From positions 1 through 64,000 of the forward strand of contig JAANOX010000091.1 in NCBI GenBank assembly GCA_020184695.1: DNA of 64,000 bases, read 5' to 3'. The position numbers were made by a program, and so were the translations under genes. Positions 12,332 to 24,961 of the stretch are shown here, piece by piece (the stretch's first letter is position 1; each line of letters starts with the position of its first letter). This DNA comes from Histomonas meleagridis 2922-C6/04-290x. Lineage: Eukaryota > Protista > Parabasalia. A model generated the notes under the pieces. That model ran no database searches and was not told the DNA's origin. It worked only from the letters and a program-made list of their open reading frames with translations.

Positions 12332-13519
12332 ATGCCAAATTATGTCGTTATAGTTTTAGGAGATATTGGACGAAGTCCTCGTATGCAAAATCATTGTGTT
12401 TGTCTTTCACATCTTCCAGAGTCAGAAGTTCATGTTGTTGGCTATACTGAAAGTCAAATTTTTTCAGAACTATCAGAATCTAAAAATGTTCACATTCATC
12501 GAATTCGTCCATTTATTGATTTACCACGTTATTTATTTCCGATATATGCACCAATTAAAATTTTATGGTTATTTTTACAATTACTTACATTATTTATTCG
12601 ACTTCCAAGATTTGAGTTAATAGTTTCACAAAATCCACCGAGTATTCCGACCATTCCATTTTTGTCTTTTTATTAAAGTTCTTTAAAGGCCAACGTTATG
12701 TCATTGACTGGCACAATCTTGGATATTCGTTATTAAAAGTTCACAAAGTTCCAAATATTATTATTAAAATTTCTAAATATTTAGAAATCTTTTTTGGACG
12801 TTTTGCAGATGGACATATTACAGTTACTAAATCACTTCAAGAATTTTTACTGAATGAAAACATTCAAAGCACAGTTGTCTATGATCGTCCGTCGCCACTG
12901 TTTCGTTATTGTCCCGAGTTACGAACGCGTTATTCTGAAGAATTAAATATTAATTCAGAAGACATTTGGGTCATCACATCTACATCGTGGACGCCAGACG
13001 AAGATATTAACATTTTATTAACAGCATCTGATTATTTAGAAGAAATTCTCGAAGGTAATTCGCGAAGTCTTTCATTCATCATCACCGGGATTGGTCCCGG
13101 GCGTCGCTCATTCGAAAGCGAAGTTAAAGGACGTAATTACCGAAACATTTCATTTTTATTTTTGAATTTCTTCAATATGAAAAATATGCAGAGCTACTTG
13201 GTACGTGCGATGTTGGAGTTTCTCTTCATAAGTCATCATCAGGGATCGATTTACCTATGAAAGGCCTCGATATGATTGGTGCAGGTTTACCGCTTTTGTC
13301 GATTGAATATCAAAGCATCAGAGAACTTGTTGAAGAAGGCGAAAACGGACTTCTTTTCAACGATGGGAAAGAACTAAGTGAAATCATTCGGAAGCTTTTT
13401 TTGTTAGTAACGAAATTTCTATTGAAGGACTACGCGAAGGAAGCATCAAATCAGGACGAAAGAAATGGACCGAAGAATGGAACTTACACGCAAAAGGAGT
13501 TTTCTTTGTTAAGGATTAA
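12332..13519 (+). pseudogene. ALG1: ALG1 beta-1,4-mannosyltransferase, copy 1, frameshifted
   Basis: VLGDIGRSPRM, TSTSWTPDED and GVSLHKSSSGIDLPMK motifs. Extra T's in T-runs at ~12660, ~13150 and ~13395. Confidence 0.85.
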
Positions 13520-13802
13520 ATAAACAAAAATTATATCATTCAAAGGAAACTTTATAAAATTATTTGATTTTTTTTTTTCTCTTTTTTTCATTTTATAAAA
13601 ATACTTATGATGATGAATGAAATTTTTGTATTATTCTTAATTGATTCAAAATTGATAACATAAATTTTAAAGTAATAATATCCACAAATATATAAAAGAT
13701 TAAATTTCCAATTCAACTCAAAAATTTCTTATTGATAAATTTGATCTTGATGATGATAACGATTATGTAAACTATACATTATACATAAAAGTGGCATTTT
13801 AA

Positions 13803-14230
13803 ATGGAATCTCAAGCAAAAAGCGAAATTCATGAAAACGAATTGGAAAATTAATATATATTAAAAATTTAATTTTTAATTTAAACAAAGAAAATATTATT
13901 CAAACTTCAAAATCAATTATGAGCAAATTTGATAATATTTATCCATTTTGTTAAAACTAATCAAATTTCAAATAATATTTTACCTTATGCATCAGAATCT
14001 TATTTTATTTGAAATTTATTTAAATAATTTTTTATTTTGAAACAATATTTGGAGATTATTTAAATTATTTAATACAGCACTTATGAAAGCATCTGAATAT
14101 GGTCATATTGAAGTAGTTAAATTGCTTCTTGAACAAAAAGGTATTGATATTAATGCTAAAAATATATATTTGTTTTATTTTAATATTTCAAATTTTTATA
14201 ATCTCTTCGATACAGCATCCTTAACCTAAA
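13803..14230 (+). pseudogene. internally deleted DUF3447-ankyrin remnant with 17-nt element cluster
   Basis: Starts MESQAKSEIHENELE like the gene at 62078, then an early stop, deletions and one ankyrin repeat preceded by a 17+3 cluster. Confidence 0.8.
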
Positions 14231-14611
14231 AATATTGTTGAAAAATATAATATTTTAAATATTGCAAGATTTGGAGTTTGAGGAACTTTTTTAACATTCT
14301 TCAAAATCTTATGATTTTTCAATTATAATCTTGATAGCAGCCATACTGTTGAGGACGATATGGTAAAGGTGCTTATGTCTAGTAATAATTTTTTGCTATT
14401 TATTCAAGAAGGAATTGATATTAATGCTAACTTCTATCTTAATCTTTAAATAAAAATCTTTCACAAAAAGATTTTGTTTCTGCTAGAATCAGCAGTTGTT
14501 CTGCATTTATAGGTGTTAAATATTGGGAAATAGTTTGACTGAAGTAAATTTAAGACCTCATTTTCACCAAGCTGTGAACTATCTTCAAAATGGAGCACCC
14601 CATAGTTAAAT

Positions 14612-15091
14612 ATGAACGACACCCAAAAAAGGGCGGCACTCAAAATTACAAAAAAAATCACAAATTTTTCAATATCTGCATATTTTTTGAGGCCCGTTGA
14701 CCCTATTTTGGATAATGTTCCTGATTATTTAGATAAAATCAAAAAACCAATGGACCTCCAAACAGTAATTACACACTTGGAAGATGGAACATATCAGACA
14801 ATAGACGAGTGGAAAAAAGACGTAAATTTAATTTGGAAAAATGCCATGAGTTATCATCTTGAAGGATCATACATATTCTCTATTGCAAAAGAACTTTCTG
14901 ATGTATTCAAAAAATTATGTGAAGGAATACCAAAATCTGAAATAGAAATGTGGACAAACAAAATTCGAAAGACACAAGCAAAATTGGTTAAATTGATAAA
15001 TTCAAAACCAGGTTTAATTGAAAAATCTGCATCACTCAATGCTTCGAAGCAGCGCCCAACCAAAATACTTCTTAGACAAAAAACAAATTAA
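14612..15091 (+). CDS. bromodomain protein
   Basis: FLRPVDP...DYLDKIKKPMDLQTV...DVNLIWKNAMSYH. Confidence 0.93.
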   Translation: MNDTQKRAALKITKKITNFSISAYFLRPVDPILDNVPDYLDKIKKPMDLQTVITHLEDGTYQTIDEWKKDVNLIWKNAMSYHLEGSYIFSIAKELSDVFKKLCEGIPKSEIEMWTNKIRKTQAKLVKLINSKPGLIEKSASLNASKQRPTKILLRQKTN

Positions 15092-15420
15092 TATATTAAT
15101 AAATTTTTTTTTAATTTTTTATCGACCAATCCAACTTATTTGGCCCAATAGCCCAAGCATGCATGAACAATATATTCTCATATTTTATTATGTTCTTCTT
15201 TTTTTTTGGAATCTGAATAAGTTTTATTTTTCTGCGTTTTGGCGGAAAATAGAAAAGAGCTGTGAAAGGCACTTTTAATTGGGTTACTAATAGTATTTAT
15301 CAAGCATTACCATACATTAATTGTTTTTTGCTTCGTTTTTGGCGCTAAAAGAACCCGTTTATTTTCTGCATGACCAATAATATTACAACCCTATTTCAAC
15401 AGAGTTTGTTTGGATAGAGA

Positions 15421-18400
15421 ATGGAAGTGCTTCATGCTTTATACAACGAAATTCCGATTATTTATGGTTCAATTGAAGCCGAATCACTTCTTAAAATCAT
15501 TAAACAGATATATTTCATCAGAGAACCAATAGAAAATATTGATGATTATGTGCTTCCATTAAAGTTTATCCAAGTATTATCTCAATTGAAAAACAAAAAA
15601 CCAACATTACAGCCATCAAGTGAATCATCACCCAGCGAAATAGAAGAAAAAAGTAAGTATGAAATTATTGAAGATTTTTTTAAATCAAGTCTTATACTTA
15701 CAACTGAATTTCTTACAACTTTCATTAAGGCTAATCAATCACCTATTGTTATTGAGACAATTTATTGTTTTGCTGATTGGATTTCTTCAGAAGGACAGAA
15801 TGTCGAGAGTGGTAAAAAAGATAATAGTAATCTCATTACTATTTTAAAATCACTCATCCGCATAGCCAACTCTTCAGATGTTCAAATCAAAGTTCTTCTT
15901 TGTCAAACCATTTTACATTATTTAATCACATTAGATTCTCCAGATCTACTTAATTCAATAACATCCAATTTCCATGATGAAGCTTTTGCACCCATTTACT
16001 TTTTCATTAATGATTCTTCTTCTCAAGAGAAGAAAACCAAATCCAAATCCCAATTTAACAAAATATCATTGTTAAAACATTTTGACATATTTGGGATATT
16101 ACTTAACCAATGGCTTCCAATAACACAAAGGTACTTTTCTAAAAGTATTTATAGCTATTGTTGTACCGTTATGTTCCAGCAAAACATAAAATTCATCGAA
16201 GAATATCATCAATCATTTCATTCGACCTTAACGTTCTTCACTGGCACTTTTTGGGACTTTTTAATTAAATTATATCAAAACACACAAAAATCAACATTAT
16301 TAGAGCAAAAAAAGATAACAAAATATATTATTGAAGAAGCTAAAGATCAAGCAGTTTATGACTTCTTTCAAAACCTTAATAATGAAAATCCAGAAACCAA
16401 TTCTAAATCACGATATTATCAACTTATTTATTATTTAGAGAAATCCTTAGGTAATCAAAATGATTTTATTAATCAAAACAATGAAAGTCGTGATTTAACA
16501 ATTAATAATTTAAATTTATTAAACTTTGATTTAAAAGAATTATCTAAAAAATTAGTATCTAATATAATTGATGAGAATTATATTGGACCAATTTCATTAT
16601 TAACATTAAAAGCCAAAAACGATGATGATATCTTTGATAACATGAATGATTTGATAACATTTTTAGAAGATTTTATATGGAATCCAATTTATAGTGTCTA
16701 TGCTGTAAAGATATTAAATTCGGTTGTCAAACGTAATCATATTGAACCCATTTTTTATATCGACCAATGTTTTAAGAATAAATATCATCAAATATCACAA
16801 ATTATCCTTAACTCAAGTAACAATTATAAAATAATAATCGAAATGATTGAATTTGCGAAATTAACAATTTCATGTTACTTTAAATATCAATCACAAATCG
16901 AAAATATTCCGGAATTTGTATCGATTTTAGTTTTCGATTATTTTCCGAAAGCAGTTTTTCGTAAGTTTGAATCAAACATTGTTAAATGGAAAGTTTTGAC
17001 AAAGTTAATTGAATTATTATTAGATTTTTCAATTGTTAATAAGGAATCAGTTGAAAGAATTCATGAAGATCAACATTTCATTAATTCATTGTTAACTATA
17101 ATTTGTCATGCAGCTTCTTCTATCGGTCAAATCACTACATCAAAAGAAATAATTACTTTCGAAGACAAAGAATTAGAATATAAAAAAGCAATTATTTTCG
17201 AAACATCGGCTTTAAAGCTTCTTCAATATATATTAACAGCTAATATCCAAAATGGTAATAAAGTAACACTTTTATATAAGAAATTATTTGATGAAAAATC
17301 GTTTTCATCAACTTTATGTCAATATTTAATACATTTCTTAACATATCAACAAAAAGAAGCAACAGAATTACGTTCATTTTCATTAATGGTCATTAACTTA
17401 TTATGTGTTTTGGCATCAACAATTGGATCAGTATCAATCAATGCATTTTATCCTGAAGAATGTCAAAAGATACTTGAAAGTAATATAAAGAATAATCTTT
17501 TTAATTCCAAAAATGACAATGAAAGTCTTCAAGAATTTTGTAATGAAATCGAATTCATTTCATCAGCTATTGAAACACAGCCTACTTTTGCTTATGGCTT
17601 TATACAAAAACAAGCGCGTTTTATATTAGATGTCTTTTTTGATAATATTATTGATCAAGATAATTTATTAAATTTATCTTTATCAAGGTTTTTAGCACAA
17701 ATATATATTAATCTTAATTCTAATTCTGATTTAATCATACAAGAAAAATTATTAAAAACCGCTGATGTTTCAAAAACTTTAAACACTGATAAAAATTGGG
17801 ATAAAATTAAAGAATATATGGAAACTAAAGTTGTTGATGAAAAAGAAGATATAAAAATAATTGGAATTAAATCCAATTTTTTAAATGCTTTTATATGTTC
17901 AATATTAAATGATCCAAGATTTATAAAATCAGATGGTAATGAATTAAATGAAACTTTATTAAATCCATTTTCGAAAACTAAACCAATATCACAATCAATT
18001 TCCGAACAATTAATAGAAATTATAAATAGTTTTTACTTTTTGGATATTGATGAAAGTTTTGAGCCTTATAAAATTGATTTCCAAAAGTTCCGAAGTATTT
18101 CTATGAATTTAAATGAAAATAATTTTTATCTTGATACTGAATTAATGCAATGGTATTTCTTAAATGAGCCAACATTTAATATCCAATTCATTAAATCAGT
18201 AAATAATTCACTTTATTATACTGATATATTAACGAAATATATATCATCTATTTATTCATATCTAAAAGCAATTGAATATATCTCAAACAAAAGCAAAAAT
18301 GACAAAATTTTAAAAGATATATTAACATATATCGGGGATCCATTATTTGGACTCCTTAATGCTATTTTTGATTATTCATTTATACCAGAATCAACAATTA

Positions 18401-19620
18401 ATTTAGTTTGTGAATTTACTGAATATTGTTTTAAGTTATGTTCTAAATTTGATATATCAAATATCGATTCAATGTTAAAATCAGACTTTTTAATTATCAT
18501 AACTCGTTATATTCCTACGACAACGAATTCGATGATATTTAAAATACTTACATTATTCTTCCATAATCAAAAAGATTGTACTATATTTGATAGAGAAATA
18601 TTATCAGTTTTATTAAATAATTGTTTAGATTATATCATGAAAACACAAAACTCTGATGCAATCGAAACCTTATTAGAGATCACGTTATTATTTAAAGATC
18701 AATTAAAACTTCATAAGAATTATACAGTGAAGTTAATATCCGCTTTAAGAATGTATATATCAACACCAATTGGGCCGAACTTATTAAATTTAATAACATA
18801 TCATTGTAAATATTCACATGAATTTAATGTCGATGAAATCTTATATATCATTGAATCATTTTCTAATCTTAACGATAAGAAATCGATACTATGGCCTTAT
18901 ATCTATTCATTTTTCTTAGTTTTGCCTAATGATTATAATGGCACATGGCGTTATATCATAAATCACTTTCATATTATTTCATTCTTCTTGAATGAAATAA
19001 CAGTAAAAGATTCGCTTTTACCAATATATCGAACTAAGTATATATTAACTGAATTATTTGCGCATATTATTGACTCATTTTATATTTTGGAATCTCAAAG
19101 TTCTTCTTTATTACAATCATTATATGAATTAATATATAACACAATGAAAAACGCAATTTCTTATTTGACAGATACTTCCGAAAAAATTAATGAGCATTTA
19201 TATCATTGGGAGAAATTAAACGCAACAACTTATTGTATTTTGATTCTCCAAAATTGTTATTTGATATTAAACTCAATTATCGAAGGTCCGAATTCATCAA
19301 TTCCTGAGTTTAAAGATACGGATAAAAGTATTTTCGATTATACAGCAAATTTGTTCGACATCTTCGACAAGATTTTGTCGGATATGAATAAGAAAGAAAA
19401 ACCTGATAAAGAAATATTCGTAATAATAGTTACAACTTACGATATGGCATATAGAGTGTTCCAAATGAACTTGACAATAGAAAATAGACGTACAGACGCA
19501 ATAAGCAGAAATTTGGACGAAATAGAAAAGAAAATTGGGGAAATAGAAGGAAAATTGGGAGATGAAGTAAAGAAATTCGTGGATGGGCTTTTCTTCCAAA
19601 ATAAAGCAAGACAAGAATAA
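15421..19620 (+). CDS. NUP188: nucleoporin Nup188-like
   Basis: 1399-aa alpha-solenoid. Blocks FDYFPKAVFRKF, VINLLCVLAS and IEFISSAIETQPTF resemble Nup188 (LEFLTVAVETQPGL), compared from memory. Confidence 0.65.
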   Translation: MEVLHALYNEIPIIYGSIEAESLLKIIKQIYFIREPIENIDDYVLPLKFIQVLSQLKNKKPTLQPSSESSPSEIEEKSKYEIIEDFFKSSLILTTEFLTTFIKANQSPIVIETIYCFADWISSEGQNVESGKKDNSNLITILKSLIRIANSSDVQIKVLLCQTILHYLITLDSPDLLNSITSNFHDEAFAPIYFFINDSSSQEKKTKSKSQFNKISLLKHFDIFGILLNQWLPITQRYFSKSIYSYCCTVMFQQNIKFIEEYHQSFHSTLTFFTGTFWDFLIKLYQNTQKSTLLEQKKITKYIIEEAKDQAVYDFFQNLNNENPETNSKSRYYQLIYYLEKSLGNQNDFINQNNESRDLTINNLNLLNFDLKELSKKLVSNIIDENYIGPISLLTLKAKNDDDIFDNMNDLITFLEDFIWNPIYSVYAVKILNSVVKRNHIEPIFYIDQCFKNKYHQISQIILNSSNNYKIIIEMIEFAKLTISCYFKYQSQIENIPEFVSILVFDYFPKAVFRKFESNIVKWKVLTKLIELLLDFSIVNKESVERIHEDQHFINSLLTIICHAASSIGQITTSKEIITFEDKELEYKKAIIFETSALKLLQYILTANIQNGNKVTLLYKKLFDEKSFSSTLCQYLIHFLTYQQKEATELRSFSLMVINLLCVLASTIGSVSINAFYPEECQKILESNIKNNLFNSKNDNESLQEFCNEIEFISSAIETQPTFAYGFIQKQARFILDVFFDNIIDQDNLLNLSLSRFLAQIYINLNSNSDLIIQEKLLKTADVSKTLNTDKNWDKIKEYMETKVVDEKEDIKIIGIKSNFLNAFICSILNDPRFIKSDGNELNETLLNPFSKTKPISQSISEQLIEIINSFYFLDIDESFEPYKIDFQKFRSISMNLNENNFYLDTELMQWYFLNEPTFNIQFIKSVNNSLYYTDILTKYISSIYSYLKAIEYISNKSKNDKILKDILTYIGDPLFGLLNAIFDYSFIPESTINLVCEFTEYCFKLCSKFDISNIDSMLKSDFLIIITRYIPTTTNSMIFKILTLFFHNQKDCTIFDREILSVLLNNCLDYIMKTQNSDAIETLLEITLLFKDQLKLHKNYTVKLISALRMYISTPIGPNLLNLITYHCKYSHEFNVDEILYIIESFSNLNDKKSILWPYIYSFFLVLPNDYNGTWRYIINHFHIISFFLNEITVKDSLLPIYRTKYILTELFAHIIDSFYILESQSSSLLQSLYELIYNTMKNAISYLTDTSEKINEHLYHWEKLNATTYCILILQNCYLILNSIIEGPNSSIPEFKDTDKSIFDYTANLFDIFDKILSDMNKKEKPDKEIFVIIVTTYDMAYRVFQMNLTIENRRTDAISRNLDEIEKKIGEIEGKLGDEVKKFVDGLFFQNKARQE

Positions 19621-20106
19621 AATATTAATTTAATAAGTTATGTCATAAAAATCTGAATGTGCTCACTGAGAACATGTGTGTCGTATGCAATACATTCTCA
19701 TAATGATGTGAAATGGATTTGTATGATTTTCCTTATCGAAATTTCGATTAATTCAATAGTTTATTATAAATGTGATGTTGCTTTTGATATTTCAAATTCA
19801 TAAATGAATTAATGTTTGCAAACATTCATGGTACAGAGATAAAGTTTCTTGGCTTTGTATACCAAATTCGTACGTGTAACTATTGATTTGCTCGAATGGT
19901 GATTTTAGATCAGTTTTAAAATTTTACTAAAATATCAATTTGCATTCATCAACAATATGTAATATGTATTAAATCTTTTCTCAGTTTGCAATTTATGTAA
20001 AAAATATATATAAAATTCACATTCAAACAAAACAAAATTTTGATAATTATTTATTAAGAAATTCTTCAACTAGAAATTTATCTCACACATCCGTTTTATT
20101 TTACCA

Positions 20107-21228
20107 TCATCTGTTCATTGGTGACACAATTCCAAGGAAATTTGTATCGATTCTTAAATCTTCGGCGGTCATTATCTTTCTGCAGATTGGGCACTGCCAA
20201 TTATTTGTTCTTATTGCGCTGCATAAGAAACCAGACAGATCAAAGCATTCCGCATGCGTACAATTAATACCTCTCGCGGGATGTGTTATGATCTTCCTTG
20301 TGAGCGGGCATATACCGTTTGGCGGCTGAGCGTTTATAAGAGTCGCTTGGGCGAACTCTGGGGTGACTTCCCTCTCATTGATTATTTGTCGGATCAAATG
20401 TGGTATGGAAACGCGCCTCATCCACTTGACAATGGCAACCATCGGCATCATTGGCTCAACGGAGATGATCTTTATGGTCTCTTTCCGATTTATGAAATTT
20501 GACATATCATGCCAAGGTGTTCGGCTCTGAAGGGAAATAACGATGTCGTCAAGCTGGAACACAACGCGGTGGATCTCATCTTGGCGATAAAATGGTATAA
20601 ATTGAAGAATTGGTACTGATGATACTGGAGGAGCGGAAAGAGAAATAACATATGGAGTTTGGAGTGAATTACCTTGGACTATAATAGGCCCAAATGGATT
20701 GGATAAATCTGTTGATACTTCAAATAAACATGATGGCGAATAATCATTAACAAATTGTTTGACATCTGGTGGAAGTTGATGAACTTGGACAGGTTCTTCT
20801 GGAAGTCCTACCTGTTGTGGTTCTTCACTTTCAACTGATAATAGTTTTTTTAACTTAGCTGAAAATTGAATTAATAAATTATGTTGATTTTGTCCAAACG
20901 TTTCTAAAAAAATTATGAGGCGATTCACAAGAATGTGTTTGTTTCCACCAGTAGGGAGTGAATAGTCACGAAGAAGCTCACGAAGTTGAGTAATTGACAA
21001 AAGTGAAATTCCGCGTGCAAGTAATGGTATATTATTGGCTTGATGTGATGCTTTAAAACTTCCAAAAATGTCTTCGATTTGGTTGGCTTTTGGTTGATTT
21101 GCGTGATGGTCAAATGGAGGAGGGGAATAAGTTCGTGGTAATATATTACTTCTATGTACTTGTGGCATAGGAGTGATAGAAACAACACGATTTCGAGCGC
21201 TAACTGGTACAGGCCTTTTTACTTGCAT
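20107..21228 (-). CDS. SAP + SP-RING (MIZ) SUMO E3 ligase, PIAS/Siz family
   Basis: SAP motif LSITQLRELLRDYSLPTGGNKHILVNRL and SP-RING CPLTRKIITHPARGINCTHAECFD...WQCPIC. Confidence 0.9.
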   Translation of the reverse strand: MQVKRPVPVSARNRVVSITPMPQVHRSNILPRTYSPPPFDHHANQPKANQIEDIFGSFKASHQANNIPLLARGISLLSITQLRELLRDYSLPTGGNKHILVNRLIIFLETFGQNQHNLLIQFSAKLKKLLSVESEEPQQVGLPEEPVQVHQLPPDVKQFVNDYSPSCLFEVSTDLSNPFGPIIVQGNSLQTPYVISLSAPPVSSVPILQFIPFYRQDEIHRVVFQLDDIVISLQSRTPWHDMSNFINRKETIKIISVEPMMPMVAIVKWMRRVSIPHLIRQIINEREVTPEFAQATLINAQPPNGICPLTRKIITHPARGINCTHAECFDLSGFLCSAIRTNNWQCPICRKIMTAEDLRIDTNFLGIVSPMNR

Positions 21229-22179
21229 TTTTATTTACGATTTCAATTTTGAAACAATAAACGGTGTATTCCACTTTTTGATTGGCCAAACGCTTCAACC
21301 TTCTCAAAGCTTTTCGCCAGAAATTTGACACAAAATTTTGGAATCTGGGATTATTTCTGAGATGCTTCGAAATTATGAATTAATTATGAAAAAAATTTAG
21401 ATGAGAACTAGTTGGTCTAACATGAAAAAATGGTATTTTAATGACAAGTTATGAAATTTATAATTCACTTTATAAGACTAGAAACCATCAAATAAATTTA
21501 TATTATTCTTCTATATTTTATTTAATTAGCATTGTTTGTAAATTTATTAAAACTACATTATGAAAATTCATTATGCTAAAAAGATATTTAAATTTTTTAT
21601 TATCTAAATTTTCAGAACATTACAATAAATTGAATAGTTTATATTATCGGGTGTCTTTCATTTGTATAGTTTATTTTAAAGTGGTACCGATTTTCAAGAT
21701 TGGCTTTTAAGAGAAGAAAATCAAAGTTCTCTTTTGGGATGATTTTAATCATTAAATGTCCAAAATAAGGTTGGAAAGATGGGGAAGAAGTTGTCTTGGT
21801 TTGAACATAAAGTTTTTTATGTTTGTCATAAATCGTTCATAAATATGAAATCAATAATTCATTTATCAACAAGTATATAAAAGATAAAATTAATTCGCTT
21901 CTAATAAATTCTTAAAATGTGTTTGATTTAGTAAATGTATTTATTATCTATATGTATTAGTATTCTTACTAATATTCCTTTAGGTACATTACGTTCATCA
22001 AATGTCGTTTCATTAGATAAATCTGAAGTCATCAAATATTGGACTCCTCAGCCTTTAAAGGTATTTGAACCAACCCACAAAATAAATACATTTTAAATTA
22101 ATGAATAATGTGGAATCCTAAAATTTTTTTTGATATTCATTTTGAAAACCGTTAACTTGTTCCACTCATAAATCAAATA

Positions 22180-22902
22180 ATGGAAAGCACCACTTTGCCT
22201 CCATCGACAATGTTAAAAATATATGACCAATCAGTATGTGAGAACCAATATATTGACATTGATGTGCCTCTTGATCAATTTGGAAAATTTGCAAACTTTT
22301 TCATCCCAAATTTAAAATCATTAATTCAGATTTATAACAAGGAAAAAAACAACTTTCCTCAAGCAGTAGAAAATTGCAAATCAATGATGCTTCATCTTAA
22401 ATCTTTTCTTCATGATCAAACATTTGATAAGTTAATTGACAAAACAACAGAATTACTTGAAAGGATCAACACAGATCAAGAAAAGAAGATGGAAGAAATA
22501 CGTGAAATAACATATAAAATTTTTAATCTTTATGATATGAGAATTCGAAGGGCTCAAATTCAGTTGACATTGATTACAAACAGACAGAACAAAACAAGGG
22601 AAGTTATACAAGCACAAGAAGCAATCAACAAACATGTCAGTGGGTATTTACAGACAATGAGTTTATCAGATGAAAATACACACGATCCTCTTTTAGTCAC
22701 AGTAAATGCTTGTAAAGAGTTTGAAAAGTATTTGAAAGTACATAACAAACTTTGTTCATGTGCTAAGGAAGCTGTGGTTTATGCAGTTCCATGTAATTGT
22801 CCTTGCTATTGTTTGCAATGTTGGAATAATGCAAATAAAAATGAAAATATTTGTCCAACATGTGCAAAACCAATAACACAATTTGTTGAATTAAAACAAT
22901 AA
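22180..22902 (+). CDS. coiled-coil protein with C-terminal RING finger
   Basis: CSC...PCNCPCYCLQC...CPTCAKPI at the C-terminus. Confidence 0.8.
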   Translation: MESTTLPPSTMLKIYDQSVCENQYIDIDVPLDQFGKFANFFIPNLKSLIQIYNKEKNNFPQAVENCKSMMLHLKSFLHDQTFDKLIDKTTELLERINTDQEKKMEEIREITYKIFNLYDMRIRRAQIQLTLITNRQNKTREVIQAQEAINKHVSGYLQTMSLSDENTHDPLLVTVNACKEFEKYLKVHNKLCSCAKEAVVYAVPCNCPCYCLQCWNNANKNENICPTCAKPITQFVELKQ

Positions 22903-23436
22903 ACAAAATTATGATCATAACTTTTTGTTTAATCTAATTTTAGATTTATTTGGTTATTCAGTCATAAAATGATTTTTCACAATATGCACAAGTAAATAAT
23001 AAATATTTGCAAGACGTGGATTATTTATCATGTTGTCCTTCAAAAAGAATGGTTGCTGTATTTGTGATGGAAAAATCAATAAGATTGCTAAATGATAAAA
23101 GTTCCAAATCGTGTATTATTTTTAGGTTAAGGATGCTATATATAAGAGATTATAAAAATGTTGATGTCATGAATTTTTGACTGATTTCAATAATACTTTT
23201 TTGGAATTGTTGGAATATTTCCTATGTGGTAATGTTATGTATTAGAATATTTGTAATTACAGTGAAATGTTGAATAAAATATGAAGGTGCAATAAAAGTA
23301 TTTTTTAAAAAAAATTCCAAAATGTGTTTAATTTGCTTTAATATTAATTTTCAATATTGAAAAAAGTAGTAAAATGTTGTTTCTTTTAGAAATTTTATTT
23401 ATCCAAAAACTGATAATTTCAGTTGCTCAACTCTAG

Positions 23437-24688
23437 TTAATTTCTTTTTTGCTCAAGAAGTAATTTAACTATTTCTGTATATCCTCCATTTGATGCCCAA
23501 ATAAGTGCTGTATTAAATAATTTAAATAATTTCTAAATATTATTTTGAAATATAAAATTATTAAAATAAAAATTATCTTTAGTATTAACATCAATTGATT
23601 CCCTTTTGTTCAAGAAGTAATTTAACGATTTCTATGTGATTATGTAAAGTTGCTAACATAAGTGCTGTTCTAAATATTATAAGTAATTTCCAAATATTAT
23701 TTTGAAATAGAAAATTATTAAAATAAATTTTATATAAAACAAATAAATATCTTTAGCATTAGTATCAATACCTTCTTGTTTAAGAAGCAATTTAACTATG
23801 TCTACGTGACCAGACAATGCTGCATTCATAAGTGCTGTTCTAAATATTATAAGTAATTTCCAAATATTATTTGGAAATATCAAATGATTAAGTTAAATAT
23901 TAAATCAAACAAATAAATATCTTTAGCATTAGTATCAATTCCTTCTTTTTCAAGAAGTAATTTAACTATTTCTATATGACCTTTTTGAGATGCATACATA
24001 AGTGGTGGATAAAATAATTTAAATAATCTCCAAATGTTATTTTGAAATTCTAAATTAATAAAATAAATATTAAATAAAACAAATAAATATCTTTAGTATT
24101 AATATCAATTCCTTCATGTTCAAGAAGTAATTTAACCATTTCAATTTGATTACATGAAGTTGCTTCCGTAAGTGCTGACCAAAATAATTTAAATAATCTC
24201 CAAATGTTATTTTGAAATTCTAAATTAATAAAAAAATATTAAATAAAACAAATAAATATCTTTACTATTAATATCAATTCCTTTTTGTTCAAGAAGTAAT
24301 TTAACTACTTCAATATGACCATATTCAGATGCTTTCATAAGTGCTGTATTAAATAATTTAAATAATCTCCAAATATTGTTTCAAAATAAAAAATTATTTA
24401 AATAAATTTCAAATAAAATAAATAAATTTCTTTACCATTAATATCATTTCCTTTTTGATTTAAAATATATTTAACAATTTCAATGTTTCCAGATTCTGAT
24501 GCATAAGGTAAAATATTATTTGAAATTTGATTAGTTTTAACAAAATGGATAAATATTATCAAATTTGCTCATAATTGATTTTGAAGTTTGAATAATATTT
24601 TCTTTATTTAAATTAAAAATTAAATTTTTAATATATATTAATTTTCCAATTCGTTTTCATGAATTTCGCTTTTTGCTTGAGATTCCAT
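23437..24688 (-). pseudogene. DUF3447-ankyrin pseudogene with six ankyrin repeats separated by 17-nt element clusters
   Basis: Early stop and large deletion at the 5' end, 4-nt insertion near 23595. Six spacers (80, 79, 80, 80, 80, 63 nt) decode to EFGN, NRGW, NRGY, NDGR, KSGR, NYRN. Confidence 0.85.
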
Positions 24689-24961
24689 TTAAAATGCCAC
24701 TTTTATGTATAATGTATAGTTTACATAATCGTTATCATCATCAAGATCAAATTTATCAATAAGAAATTTTTGAGTTGAATTGGAAATTTAATCTTTTATA
24801 TATTTGTGGATATTATTACTTTAAAATTTATGTTATCAATTTTGAATCAATTAAGAATAATACAAAAAAATTTCATTCATCATCATAAGTATTTTTTTAT
24901 AAAATGAGAGAAATCAAATAATTTTATAAAGTTTCCTTTGAATGATATAATTTTTGTTTAT

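Larger units (their letters stand above)
11087..14120 (+). repeat. ~3-kb segment duplicated in inverted orientation at ~24300-27407
   Basis: Near-identical reverse-complement copy carrying the porin-like gene, ALG1 and the 5' end of an ankyrin pseudogene. Boundaries are approximate. Confidence 0.93.

Noticed and set aside
12650-13400. ALG1 frameshifts as programmed frameshifting
   Set aside because: All are T-run length differences between two otherwise matching copies, at different places in each copy, which is typical of sequencing error or decay.
23437-24430. Ankyrin arrays as a CRISPR-like repeat-spacer array
   Set aside because: The conserved units are 90-nt protein-coding ankyrin segments, the host is a eukaryote, and there are no cas genes.
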